Virus record (IMG/VR): IMGVR_UViG_3300037462_000917 | Coordinates: 1-40,332 of that record | Length of the DNA stretch: 40,332 nt | Direction: 5' to 3' (one strand) | Origin: a virus | Taxonomy: Duplodnaviria > Caudoviricetes | Shown here: positions 8,407 to 16,774 of the stretch, one piece after another | Layout of the letters: every line of letters starts with the position of its first letter | Position numbering within the stretch: the stretch's first letter is position 1 | Notes under the pieces: generated by a model | Told to the model about the DNA's origin: nothing | The model's database searches: none | What the model saw: the letters and a program-made list of their open reading frames with translations, nothing else | Translations under genes and position numbers: made by a program

Positions 8407-9306
8407 TTGAAGCAAAGCCTTCCCACAAGCATCGTCCTCAACGGACACCCGGATTTTCAGCTGCTCTCATCGATTGCAGCGGAGATCATCCGGCGCGCTG
8501 GCGGCGCCGCAGCCCTTTCTGAAGGCTTTTCAACCATGCTGCGTCAATGCGTCGATGACGTGATCATGACGCCAAAGACGGGCCGTCGCTCCTATGACGA
8601 ACTCGAAAAAACCGAGAAAACCTACATCGGAACGCGAGTCGAGATCGAACTTCGGGCAATGCTGAACTTGAAGAAGGGAAAGTTGGATACTGTCATCTTA
8701 GGCCACGATGTGGACATCAAGAATACGATGGGAAGCAACTGGATGATCCCGACTGAAGCCGTGGGGCATCCTTGTATCTTGGTGGCTGCCGACGAGGTCC
8801 GTGCGCTCTGCTACCTTGGACTTATCGTTGCTCGCCCAGAATATCTTACCCTTGGTCAGAACAAAGATTCAAAAAAGTCGATTTCGGCACTCGGTTTTGC
8901 GAACATAATTTGGCTGTTGAATGCGCATCCGTACCCGCCAAATTTCTGGCGCACTGTGCCTTCTGATGTGATTGATCGCATTTTTGCCGGGAAATCTGGA
9001 AATCGCAGGGTCATGGCGCTGTTCCGAGAGGTCCAGCGCGTACCGATCACTCGATCGGTCATCGAGGCCGTAGCACAGCAGCAAGACTTCATGCGCCGCA
9101 TACGCGCGGACAATGGCAAAGGGACGCGGGACCATCTTGCGCGAGAAGGGGTGCTGCTTTTGTCGGGCCATTACGACGCACCATTGATAAAGGCGCTGAG
9201 CCTACCCTTTTGCAGCGGCAGCGAATTTGTATCGTACAAGCCTCGCGTTCAAGCCGAGGTAGAAATCGCGGCTAACGCAGGGATACTGCTCGCATGGAAC
9301 GGATAA
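8407..9306 (+). CDS. NaeI-family type II restriction endonuclease
   Basis: 'TGR.SYDELEKTEKTYIGT.VE', 'D......VDIK......WMIP.EA' and C-terminal 'QDFMRRIR...GTRD.L..EG' resemble NaeI; adjacent C5 MTase; TTG start. Confidence 0.85.
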   Translation: MKQSLPTSIVLNGHPDFQLLSSIAAEIIRRAGGAAALSEGFSTMLRQCVDDVIMTPKTGRRSYDELEKTEKTYIGTRVEIELRAMLNLKKGKLDTVILGHDVDIKNTMGSNWMIPTEAVGHPCILVAADEVRALCYLGLIVARPEYLTLGQNKDSKKSISALGFANIIWLLNAHPYPPNFWRTVPSDVIDRIFAGKSGNRRVMALFREVQRVPITRSVIEAVAQQQDFMRRIRADNGKGTRDHLAREGVLLLSGHYDAPLIKALSLPFCSGSEFVSYKPRVQAEVEIAANAGILLAWNG

Positions 9307-9381
9307 GCCTTGGGGTAATTAGTCGGCTGCTCCGAAAGCCCAGAGGTACGATCTATATTTTTGAAAGCAGCGAGTTTTCAC

Positions 9382-10392
9382 ATGGCACTTTTTGACTGGC
9401 TGTTCGGCCGCACCCCGAAACCGACCCAACAGAACCAGCCCGAACGCGCCCGAGAGGAGTCTCGGCCCGCCCCCATTGCCCGCGCTCCAGCCAGACCGAG
9501 ATTCGCACACACTCTCCGTGTGCCAGAGGGCAGTTTCAGGTTTGTTGCGCTGGATGTCGAAACCGCGTGCAGTGATGCAGCCAGCATCTGCCAGATCGGC
9601 CTGGCCTGCGTCCAACCCGACAATCAGATCCAGACCTTCTCCATGCTGGTCAATCCCGGTACCCGGTTTGACGCGTTCAACATCCAGCTCCACGGCATTG
9701 GCCCAGATCATGTGGCGGATGCACCCAGGTTCCCTGACGTCTTGACCGCTCTGCTGCCGTTGCTGACGCGTCACCACCTCATCCAGCACAGCAACTTCGA
9801 CAAGCAGGCAATGAATGCCGCCTGCGGTTTCTGTGGCATCGACGCCCCGGATCTGCGCTGGAGCGATAGCGTCCAGATCGCGAGACGGGCTTGGCCCGAG
9901 TTGAAGGGCAATGGCGGACATGGGTTGGCGAACCTCAAGCGCACGCTGAACCTGCAGTTTCACCACCATGATGCAGGCGAAGACGCCCGCGCCGCCGCAT
10001 TGGTCGTGCTGCATGCCGAGGCTCACCTTCGACTTCCGTTTGAGGAACTGATCAAACCGGCACCCAAGAAAAGCTACTCAGCAGCCATCACCTTGGAGGG
10101 CGATCCCAAAGGTGCACTAGCAGGTTCAGTGGTGGTCTTCACCGGTGCACTGGGCATGTCCCGAAGCGAAGCAGCTGAGCTTGCTGCCCTCGCCGGTATG
10201 TCTGTAAAGGCAGGCGTAAGCAAAGAAACAACTCATCTGGTCGTCGGTGACCAAGATTTGGGTGTGCTTGCTGGGCACACCAAGAGCAGTAAGCACCGCA
10301 AGGCCGAAGAAATGCACGCCGCTGGCCATCCGATACGGATCCTGGGTGAAACCGAGTTTAAGGGTCTTATCGCGGGCCATTGCACCAAATGA
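9382..10392 (+). CDS. DEDDh 3'-5' exonuclease (DNA Pol III epsilon-like) with C-terminal BRCT domain
   Basis: ExoI ALDVETA, ExoII HSNFDK, ExoIII HHDAGEDA; BRCT 'VVFTGALGMSRSEA...VSKETTHLVVG'. Confidence 0.88.
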   Translation: MALFDWLFGRTPKPTQQNQPERAREESRPAPIARAPARPRFAHTLRVPEGSFRFVALDVETACSDAASICQIGLACVQPDNQIQTFSMLVNPGTRFDAFNIQLHGIGPDHVADAPRFPDVLTALLPLLTRHHLIQHSNFDKQAMNAACGFCGIDAPDLRWSDSVQIARRAWPELKGNGGHGLANLKRTLNLQFHHHDAGEDARAAALVVLHAEAHLRLPFEELIKPAPKKSYSAAITLEGDPKGALAGSVVVFTGALGMSRSEAAELAALAGMSVKAGVSKETTHLVVGDQDLGVLAGHTKSSKHRKAEEMHAAGHPIRILGETEFKGLIAGHCTK

Positions 10393-10519
10393 ATGCCCAA
10401 GAGACAGAGAAAATCCGGACCACTGTCCGCCGACCGAGCGTCAGCATTATGCTCCTCTGTGGACCCGCGATGGTCGAATTGCGATTTTCCGCTTCCAAGT
10501 ACACAGAGGGGAAGGTTTT

Positions 10520-10843
10520 ATGAAAGCCGTTTTCTACTCAGCGCTTCTGCTGACCATCGCATCGCCAGCTTTTGCCGATTCAGTCCCACGCTATGACGTC
10601 GCTGGTTACTGTCAGACTGTTTCTGATGTCAGCGGTGGATCGGCGATGATCTACAATGGCTGCATTGACATGGAGCAGATTGCCTACAACGGGTTAAAAG
10701 CGAGATGGGGCTCTATCCCCAGCCGCGTGAGATCATACTGTGATGAAGTTGGTCGCGTGAGCGGCGGATCCTATTCAATTCTAGAAGGATGCATTGCGAT
10801 GGAAACGGAGGCAGCGAATGGCACGTCGACCTTCAAATACTGA
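10520..10843 (+). CDS. Small secreted protein with two Cys-containing repeats
   Basis: Signal peptide MKAVFYSALLLTIASPAFA; YC-x6-SGGS-x5-GCI-x-ME occurs twice; GAAGG RBS. Confidence 0.7.
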   Translation: MKAVFYSALLLTIASPAFADSVPRYDVAGYCQTVSDVSGGSAMIYNGCIDMEQIAYNGLKARWGSIPSRVRSYCDEVGRVSGGSYSILEGCIAMETEAANGTSTFKY

Positions 10844-11300
10844 TGTGATTGTTGCAGCAAGCTTTGCCCTCGCCCTTCCGATGTTCGTGGCCTTTGCCTC
10901 AATGGCGAAGGCTGATTTCATTGACACCACATGGTCCGTTGTCGGCTATTCTGGCGAGTCTTGGTTTGTCAGCACGACGGACGTGATTGGTCGCACACAG
11001 ACGTTCAATCGTGGATCAGCCGAGGGCGTTTTCTTCAACTGTGACTTCGCCGGTCTGTCATCCACCTACACAACCTACGAACCTGATGACTTCTTTTCCA
11101 ATCCAGAATTTGCGCTGTTCAAGACAGAGGAAGATGGGATGCGGCTTTCGGCCGCCAAGATCTTCGTTCACAGAGTGACCTGCGAGGGAAATGGAAACCC
11201 ACTGCATCGTCAGGTGCTTTATCCATTTGTCACGAACGATGCCCGCAAGTCGGCTTGGTACCTTTTTGAAGGCGGCGTCTTTTCGCTCTATGCGCCTTAG
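10818..11300 (+). CDS. Hypothetical exported protein
   Basis: GGAGG RBS before ATG 10818; hydrophobic N-terminus ending AKA. Confidence 0.6.
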   Translation: MARRPSNTDVIVAASFALALPMFVAFASMAKADFIDTTWSVVGYSGESWFVSTTDVIGRTQTFNRGSAEGVFFNCDFAGLSSTYTTYEPDDFFSNPEFALFKTEEDGMRLSAAKIFVHRVTCEGNGNPLHRQVLYPFVTNDARKSAWYLFEGGVFSLYAP

Positions 11301-11433
11301 GTAGTTGTCTTGGCTACGTCTGGAGCATGTTGCACAGTGCCGCACGGGCGGTCCATGCACTTTGACAATCGGCGTGGCTCCGGGTGACACCCCTCTCGGG
11401 AACTGTCGCTGCCTGCCCCGCCCCCCACGGCAT

Positions 11434-11690
11434 GGTTCCTCCCGGCCCTGTTTGTATGCGGGGGGGCGCAGCGCGGCGTTTCGCTAGCGACAGGCAGTTT
11501 CACCGGGGAAGCCAGGCGGAATCCACTTGCCCGATGACCTCGGGAAAAGCGACTCATTATCAAAGGCTTGCGGAATCACGATCTTGGCGCGCTGGATTCT
11601 TTGCGGAATCCAGGGAAGCCAGTTTGCAGAAGCCACCACGTCGGAAGCCAGGCAGCGGAAGCCACCTGCATTGAAGCTGTTGAATCCACT
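11434..11690 (+). other. Lambda-like cos packaging site (cosQ-, cosN- and cosB-like parts)
   Basis: GGTTCCT (lambda cosQ is GGGTCCT); CG-GGGGGGCGCAG-CGCGGCGTTTCGCTA resembles lambda cosN and its flank; exact IHF consensus TATCAAAGGCTTG at 11558-11570; repeated GAAKCCA; GpA-type terminase in the window. Confidence 0.7.
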
Positions 11691-11749
11691 TCATTTTTTC
11701 ATTTGACAAAGCTGCCCATCTTGACCTACCCCTTGATCATCGAAGAATT

Positions 11750-11782
11750 GCGCCCGGAGAACCCCCCCTCGCGGGCGCTTTT
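11750..11782 (+). terminator. Possible intrinsic terminator downstream of a TTGACA (11703) promoter element
   Basis: GCGCCCG-GAG..CTC-G-CGGGCGC stem followed by TTTT. Confidence 0.4.
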
Positions 11783-11872
11783 GATTTCCCGACATCGCGG
11801 ATCCCGATCCTGACGCTGGCTTCGCCCAGCGCGCATCGGCTTGCCCGCCCTCCCCCACATGGAAGCAACCCG

Positions 11873-13132
11873 ATGGACCTGGTCTTTGCGCCGAGCCAGA
11901 TTGAAACTTGGCCTCTCGACCGGCTGCGCCCTTATGCCCGCAATGCCAAGATCCACGGCACGGACCAGGTCGCCAAGATCGCGGCCAGCATGGCGAAGTT
12001 CGGCTGGACCGTTCCGTGCCTTGTGGCCGACGATGGTGAACTGATTGCGGGCCACGGCCGGGTGTTGGCCGCCATCATGCTGGGGCTGACCGAGGTGCCG
12101 GTGATCCGGCTCGGCCACCTCGACGAAGCCGAGCGACGGGCCTACCGGATCGCAGACAACAAATTGACCGAGCTTGGCGACTGGGACGAGGCGATGTTGC
12201 GCGATGAAATCGCGGGACTACTGGCCGAGGATTTCGACCTGTCGCTGCTTGGCATCGCAGACGAGGATCTGGATGCCCTGCTGCGGGATCCGGATCAGGC
12301 CGAAGGCGGCGCGGTCGAGGGTGAGGATGACATTCCCGAGCCGCCAGTCACGCCGGTGTCGGTGCAGGGCGACCTGTGGCAGCTTGGGACGCATCGGCTG
12401 ATCTGCGGCGACAGCACCTCCGCTGAGGTGGTCGGGCGGCTGCTCGGCGATGTGAAGCCTTTGCTGATGGTCACTGATCCACCCTATGGCGTGGAATACG
12501 ATCCGTCCTGGCGCAACCAGGCGGGCGCGGCCAAGACCAAACGCACCGGCAAGGTGCTGAATGACGACCGGGCCGACTGGCGCGAGGTCTGGGCGCTGTT
12601 CCCTGGCGACGTGGCCTATGTCTGGCACGGCGCGCTGCACGCCTCGACCGTCGCCGAGAGCCTCGTGGTGGCTGGATTTGCCGTGCGGTCGCAGATCATC
12701 TGGGCCAAGGACCGCCTCGTGCTCAGCCGCGGCGACTATCACTGGCAGCATGAACCCTGCTGGTATGCAGTCAAAAAGACCGGCAAGGGCCATTGGGCCG
12801 GGGACCGCAAGCAGACCACCCTCTGGCATATCTCCGGCAAGGACCAGGATGCCGCCACCGTGCACGGCACGCAAAAGCCGGTCGAATGCATGCGCCGCCC
12901 GATCTTGAACAACTCCAGTCCCGGTCAAGCGGTGTTCGAACCCTTCATGGGATCCGGCACCACTCTGATCGCGGCAGAAACCACGGGCCGCGTCTGCTTC
13001 GGGGTCGAATTGAACCCGGCCTATGTCGACGTGGCCATCGAGCGTTGGCAGCAGTTTACCGGCGCGAACGCCCTCTTGGCTGACAGCGGCGAGACCTTTG
13101 CCGACCTGAAGGCGAAAAGGCTGGCGACATGA
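11873..13132 (+). CDS. ParB/Srx-N domain fused to an amino-methyltransferase (DPPY, probably N6-adenine)
   Basis: ParB-like 'GELIAGHGR...YRIADNK'; TDPPY, HGTQKP, EPFMGSGTT (beta-class order). Confidence 0.9.
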   Translation: MDLVFAPSQIETWPLDRLRPYARNAKIHGTDQVAKIAASMAKFGWTVPCLVADDGELIAGHGRVLAAIMLGLTEVPVIRLGHLDEAERRAYRIADNKLTELGDWDEAMLRDEIAGLLAEDFDLSLLGIADEDLDALLRDPDQAEGGAVEGEDDIPEPPVTPVSVQGDLWQLGTHRLICGDSTSAEVVGRLLGDVKPLLMVTDPPYGVEYDPSWRNQAGAAKTKRTGKVLNDDRADWREVWALFPGDVAYVWHGALHASTVAESLVVAGFAVRSQIIWAKDRLVLSRGDYHWQHEPCWYAVKKTGKGHWAGDRKQTTLWHISGKDQDAATVHGTQKPVECMRRPILNNSSPGQAVFEPFMGSGTTLIAAETTGRVCFGVELNPAYVDVAIERWQQFTGANALLADSGETFADLKAKRLAT

Positions 13133-14457
13133 ACGTGCCCCTCCTGCCGGGCCGGATCGAACATTGGCCCCTCGCCCGGCTGAAGCCCTACGCCCGGAAC
13201 GCCAAGACCCACGATGCCGACCAAGTGGCGAAGATTGCCGCCAGCATGGCCGAGTTCGGCTGGACCGTGCCGGTCCTGATCGCCGCCGACGGCGAGTTGA
13301 TCGCTGGCCATGGCCGCATCTTGGCCGCCGCGCACCTCGGGCTGTCCAATGCCCCGGTCATCGTCCTGGGGCATCTGACCGAAGCTCAGCGCCGGGCCTA
13401 TCGGATTGCCGACAACAAACTGACCGAGCTGGGCGGGTGGGACGAGGCCCTTCTGCTGCAGGAACTGCAGGCGCTGCTGGCCGAGGATTTCGACCTCGGC
13501 CTGATCGGGATCCCCGAGGATGAGCTGGACGCGCTGCTGGCTGACGCCGACGACCGCGCTTCGATTTCTGACGATGCGGCCGATGCCGTCCCCGCCCCGC
13601 CCGCTGATCCGATCACGAAGCCGGGCGACATCTGGGCGCTGGGCAAGCATCGGCTGTGCTGCGGCGATGCCACCGATCCGGCCGCTGTCGCGAGGCTGAT
13701 GCAGGACGAACAAGCCACGCTGATGTTCACCTCGCCACCCTATGCCCAGCAGCGCGACTATGGTGCCGCCAAGGAAAAGGTCGGCGATTGGGATGCGCTG
13801 ATGCAGGGCGTGTTCGCCGCAGCGCCGGTCACCGCCGAGGCGCAGCTGCTGGTCAACCTCGGCCTCGTGCATCGCGACAGCGAATGGCAACCCTATTGGG
13901 AAGGATGGGTGGAATGGATGCGCGGCTCTGGCTGGCGACGGTTTGGCTGGTATGTTTGGGATCAGGGCCCGGGCTTGCCGGGCGACTGGAACGGCCGCCT
14001 GGCCCCGTCACACGAGTTCATTTTCCACTTCAACCGCGCGCCGCGCAAACCGCACAAGACCGTCCCGTCCAAGCACGCAGGCGAAACCCTGGGCGGCGGT
14101 GGGCTGCGCGGCGCCGACGGCACCGTCCACGCCAAGACCGGGACCGGCAACGCGATCCAGAGTCATCGCATCCCGGACAGCGTCTTCCGCATCATGCGTC
14201 ACAAGGGTGGGCTGGGCGCTGCCGGATCGCATCCAGCAGTGTTTCCAGTGGCGCTGGTCGAGGCGGTGCTGACGGCTTTTTCGGATCCGGGCGACCTGAT
14301 CTACGAGCCGTTTTGCGGCTCTGGCACCCAGATCGTCGCCGCCGAACACGCCGGGCGGCGTTGCTTCGCGATGGAACTGGACCCCGTTTACTGCGACGTG
14401 GCCGTGCGGCGGTGGGAGATGGCGACTGGGCAGACGGCCATGATCGCTAAAAAGTGA
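13129..14457 (+). CDS. ParB/Srx-N domain fused to an amino-methyltransferase (SPPY, probably N4-cytosine)
   Basis: Paralogous ParB N-terminus; TSPPY, HPAVFP, EPFCGSGT. Confidence 0.9.
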   Translation: MNVPLLPGRIEHWPLARLKPYARNAKTHDADQVAKIAASMAEFGWTVPVLIAADGELIAGHGRILAAAHLGLSNAPVIVLGHLTEAQRRAYRIADNKLTELGGWDEALLLQELQALLAEDFDLGLIGIPEDELDALLADADDRASISDDAADAVPAPPADPITKPGDIWALGKHRLCCGDATDPAAVARLMQDEQATLMFTSPPYAQQRDYGAAKEKVGDWDALMQGVFAAAPVTAEAQLLVNLGLVHRDSEWQPYWEGWVEWMRGSGWRRFGWYVWDQGPGLPGDWNGRLAPSHEFIFHFNRAPRKPHKTVPSKHAGETLGGGGLRGADGTVHAKTGTGNAIQSHRIPDSVFRIMRHKGGLGAAGSHPAVFPVALVEAVLTAFSDPGDLIYEPFCGSGTQIVAAEHAGRRCFAMELDPVYCDVAVRRWEMATGQTAMIAKK

Positions 14458-14527
14458 CGCCGCCCAGCTCGCCATTGTCTGCAATGCAGACGCGGCAGGC
14501 CTCCATCATATTTGCGCCAATGGCGGC

Positions 14528-14944
14528 TTACCCGTCTCGTCCTGGCTCGTCCGGATTGTTTGAAAACAGCGCGATCTTGTTGCCTTGTGGGTCACGAAGA
14601 TAGCCAACATAGAAATGAGGGCCATACGCGTCACGAAAGCCAGGCTGGCCCTCGTCTAGCCCGCAGGCGGCCAGTGCGGCGGCATGAAGCTCGCGGACTT
14701 CTTGCTGGCTTCGCGCCTGAAATGCGACCATCGTACCGTTGCCAATCGATGCAGGACGCCCGTCGAAGGGCGGTTTGACGTAAAACGCAGGCAAAATGAC
14801 ACGTTCACCGGGAAGCTCGGGGAGTTCGTAGCTCAGACCTTCTGGGCCTTCTTCCAGTTCGTAGCCGAGGGCGGGCAGGAACGAAGAATAAAACTGCCTA
14901 GCGAGCGGGATGTCGTCGGCACCGACGGTGACATAGCTGATCAT
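14528..14944 (-). CDS. VOC/glyoxalase family protein
   Basis: 'MISYVTVGADD..ARQFY', 'GNGTMVAF', 'YVGYLRDPQGNKI'. Confidence 0.88.
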   Translation of the reverse strand: MISYVTVGADDIPLARQFYSSFLPALGYELEEGPEGLSYELPELPGERVILPAFYVKPPFDGRPASIGNGTMVAFQARSQQEVRELHAAALAACGLDEGQPGFRDAYGPHFYVGYLRDPQGNKIALFSNNPDEPGRDG

Positions 14945-15105
14945 ACTGCGGGTCCAATGTCAGAAGATGGTCCGGCAATTGTGCCGGATTTCGTCTGCCA
15001 TCCATAGGCCGAAATATTGCGCGGCTCCAGCTCTGGGATTTTATCCCATTCGCGTCGGACCCTTCAGGCAGGTCGCAGTATTCGAAACATTGGCTTCTTT
15101 CGTCG

Positions 15106-15639
15106 TCAGCCGATCCGATACACCGACCCTCTGCCATCTTCCTTGGTCGAGCCGACCAGCAAGCCAAGCTTTTTCTTCAGCACCCCCGAGATCAAGCCTC
15201 TGGCTGAATGTGCCTGCCACGCAGTCGCCGCAACGATCTCGGCGATGGTCGCGCCCTCAGGGCGTTCGAGCAAGGCGATGATCTGTGCCTGCTTGGTGCC
15301 AGTGCGTTGGGTCGGCGGCTTGGCAGCGGGCGTCTTTGCGGCATGTTCGCGGATGGCGACAACGGTCTTGACCACCACCGGGTCAATCCCGAGGGCAAGC
15401 AGCCCGGCGTCCGTCACTACCAGCGTGGTACCATGGCCGTCCCCGGTTTCGCGCCAGATGGGTTCACCCCGGCGCAGGTTTGCGTCGACCTCCTGCAGCC
15501 AGCCGTGTTCGATCATCTTCGACACAGCCATCTTGGCCGCCGCACCGGCCAGCCCCTTGGGAAGTGGCAGGGCGATGTTCTCGGGGCGCTGGGCCCCGGC
15601 GCTGAGGATGATCGTCTGGGTTTCGGTCAGCTTTGTCAT
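15106..15639 (-). CDS. DUF3489-like winged-helix protein
   Basis: C-terminal 'GTKQAQIIALLERPEGATIAEIVAATAWQAHSARGLISGVLKKKLGL'; start at MTKLTETQ. Confidence 0.8.
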   Translation of the reverse strand: MTKLTETQTIILSAGAQRPENIALPLPKGLAGAAAKMAVSKMIEHGWLQEVDANLRRGEPIWRETGDGHGTTLVVTDAGLLALGIDPVVVKTVVAIREHAAKTPAAKPPTQRTGTKQAQIIALLERPEGATIAEIVAATAWQAHSARGLISGVLKKKLGLLVGSTKEDGRGSVYRIG

Positions 15640-15649
15640 CTGGGTTCCC

Positions 15650-15874
15650 CTATTGGTCGTTGGTGGCAAGGAAGGCAGCGATCCGTGACAGCAGGTCGTT
15701 GTGGCCATCAGCATCCGTGCCGATGATCACGTCGCCATCGTCGTCGCGCTCCAGATCGGCGATCTCACGCAGCAGGGCGATGGCATCGTCGCAGGCGGCG
15801 AGGCGTTCGGCCTCCCACGCGGCGGTGATCGCATCCTGTTCGATCTGATGGCGCTGGGCGGGATCAAGCGGCAT
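15650..15874 (-). CDS. Small acidic hypothetical protein
   Basis: GGAGG RBS; overlaps the upstream gene in the minus-strand operon. Confidence 0.65.
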   Translation of the reverse strand: MPLDPAQRHQIEQDAITAAWEAERLAACDDAIALLREIADLERDDDGDVIIGTDADGHNDLLSRIAAFLATNDQ

Positions 15875-16127
15875 GTTCGCCCTCCTTGAAGGCCGCGTCG
15901 GTGATCTGGCGCAGGAGGCTGGCGTAGTGTTTCAGGGTGCCGACATGGCCCCAGTTGATCTCGTCGGGATGGGTCTCGAAGTGGTCGTCGCTCAGCCCTT
16001 TCAGTCGCTCCAGCATCGCGTCGATCTGGAACTTGGTGGTCATGAAGGCGTCGAGGGCGTTCGACCGGTTCCTCGAACCGGTGGCGGAACCGGTCTCACT
16101 ATTGTCGGCGGCGCGGCGGGTGGTCAT
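15864..16127 (-). CDS. Small hypothetical phage protein
   Basis: AAGGA RBS; 'LSDDHF..HPDEINWGHVGTL' core. Confidence 0.7.
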   Translation of the reverse strand: MTTRRAADNSETGSATGSRNRSNALDAFMTTKFQIDAMLERLKGLSDDHFETHPDEINWGHVGTLKHYASLLRQITDAAFKEGEHAA

Positions 16128-16232
16128 GGCGTGTCGTCCTTCGGTGAGTTGAATTGTTTCTGTGTAATCACCATCGCTCTGGGGGGGGGGCGGCTAGTGT
16201 AGGCAAATCCCAGCAATATCAGTGCTTTCTGA

Positions 16233-16529
16233 TTACACTCCGGGCGGATTGGCCTGTGGGTCGACCGCCATCCACTGGCATCCGATCCACATGTAGAGAT
16301 GCGCGAATTCCCGCGTCGGACGCGGCAGAATGCGGGGATCGCGGGGCGGGCTGAAGCAGTCTAGCGCCTCGTGCGTGACCTGCCGGATTTCTCGGGCTGT
16401 GAGGATGTCTTCGGGCTTCCAGCGCATTAGCGCGGGCAGCATGTGGGCGGGATAGCCGTCGAAATGGACGTAAACATGCGCCCATTCCTCGGGGCCGATC
16501 TGGATGGCGATCTGCGCGCGGGTGCTCAT
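16233..16529 (-). CDS. Hypothetical phage protein with an MSTR...VHFDGYP motif
   Basis: GAGG RBS; clean ORF in the minus-strand operon. Confidence 0.7.
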   Translation of the reverse strand: MSTRAQIAIQIGPEEWAHVYVHFDGYPAHMLPALMRWKPEDILTAREIRQVTHEALDCFSPPRDPRILPRPTREFAHLYMWIGCQWMAVDPQANPPGV

Positions 16530-16538
16530 GGCCGCACC

Positions 16539-16766
16539 TCAGATCAGCTGCAGATCGACAAGCACGGCGCTGGCAGCAGCCAGTTGCGTGGTCGGCAAGT
16601 CGATCTTGATATGCGAGAAGAGGTCCGAGCAGTCGGCCTTGATCCCGCCCTCGCGCAGCGCGGCCTCGATGGCTTCAGCCACCACGCTGGACCGGCTGCG
16701 GTCGAGATGGTCGGGCAGCGTGTCGATGTCGATGCGGATGGTGGTGGTGGCCATGGTCATGTCCAT
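16539..16766 (-). CDS. Small hypothetical protein
   Basis: GGAGG RBS; operon position. Confidence 0.65.
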   Translation of the reverse strand: MDMTMATTTIRIDIDTLPDHLDRSRSSVVAEAIEAALREGGIKADCSDLFSHIKIDLPTTQLAAASAVLVDLQLI

Positions 16767-16774
16767 GCCCTCCT

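Noticed and set aside
10247-10519. 198-aa version of the small secreted protein
   Set aside because: Overlaps the exonuclease gene; the RBS and signal peptide point to ATG 10520
11500-11690. Short repeats as a CRISPR array
   Set aside because: 7-8 bp units with irregular spacing and no cas genes; better explained as cosB-like sites
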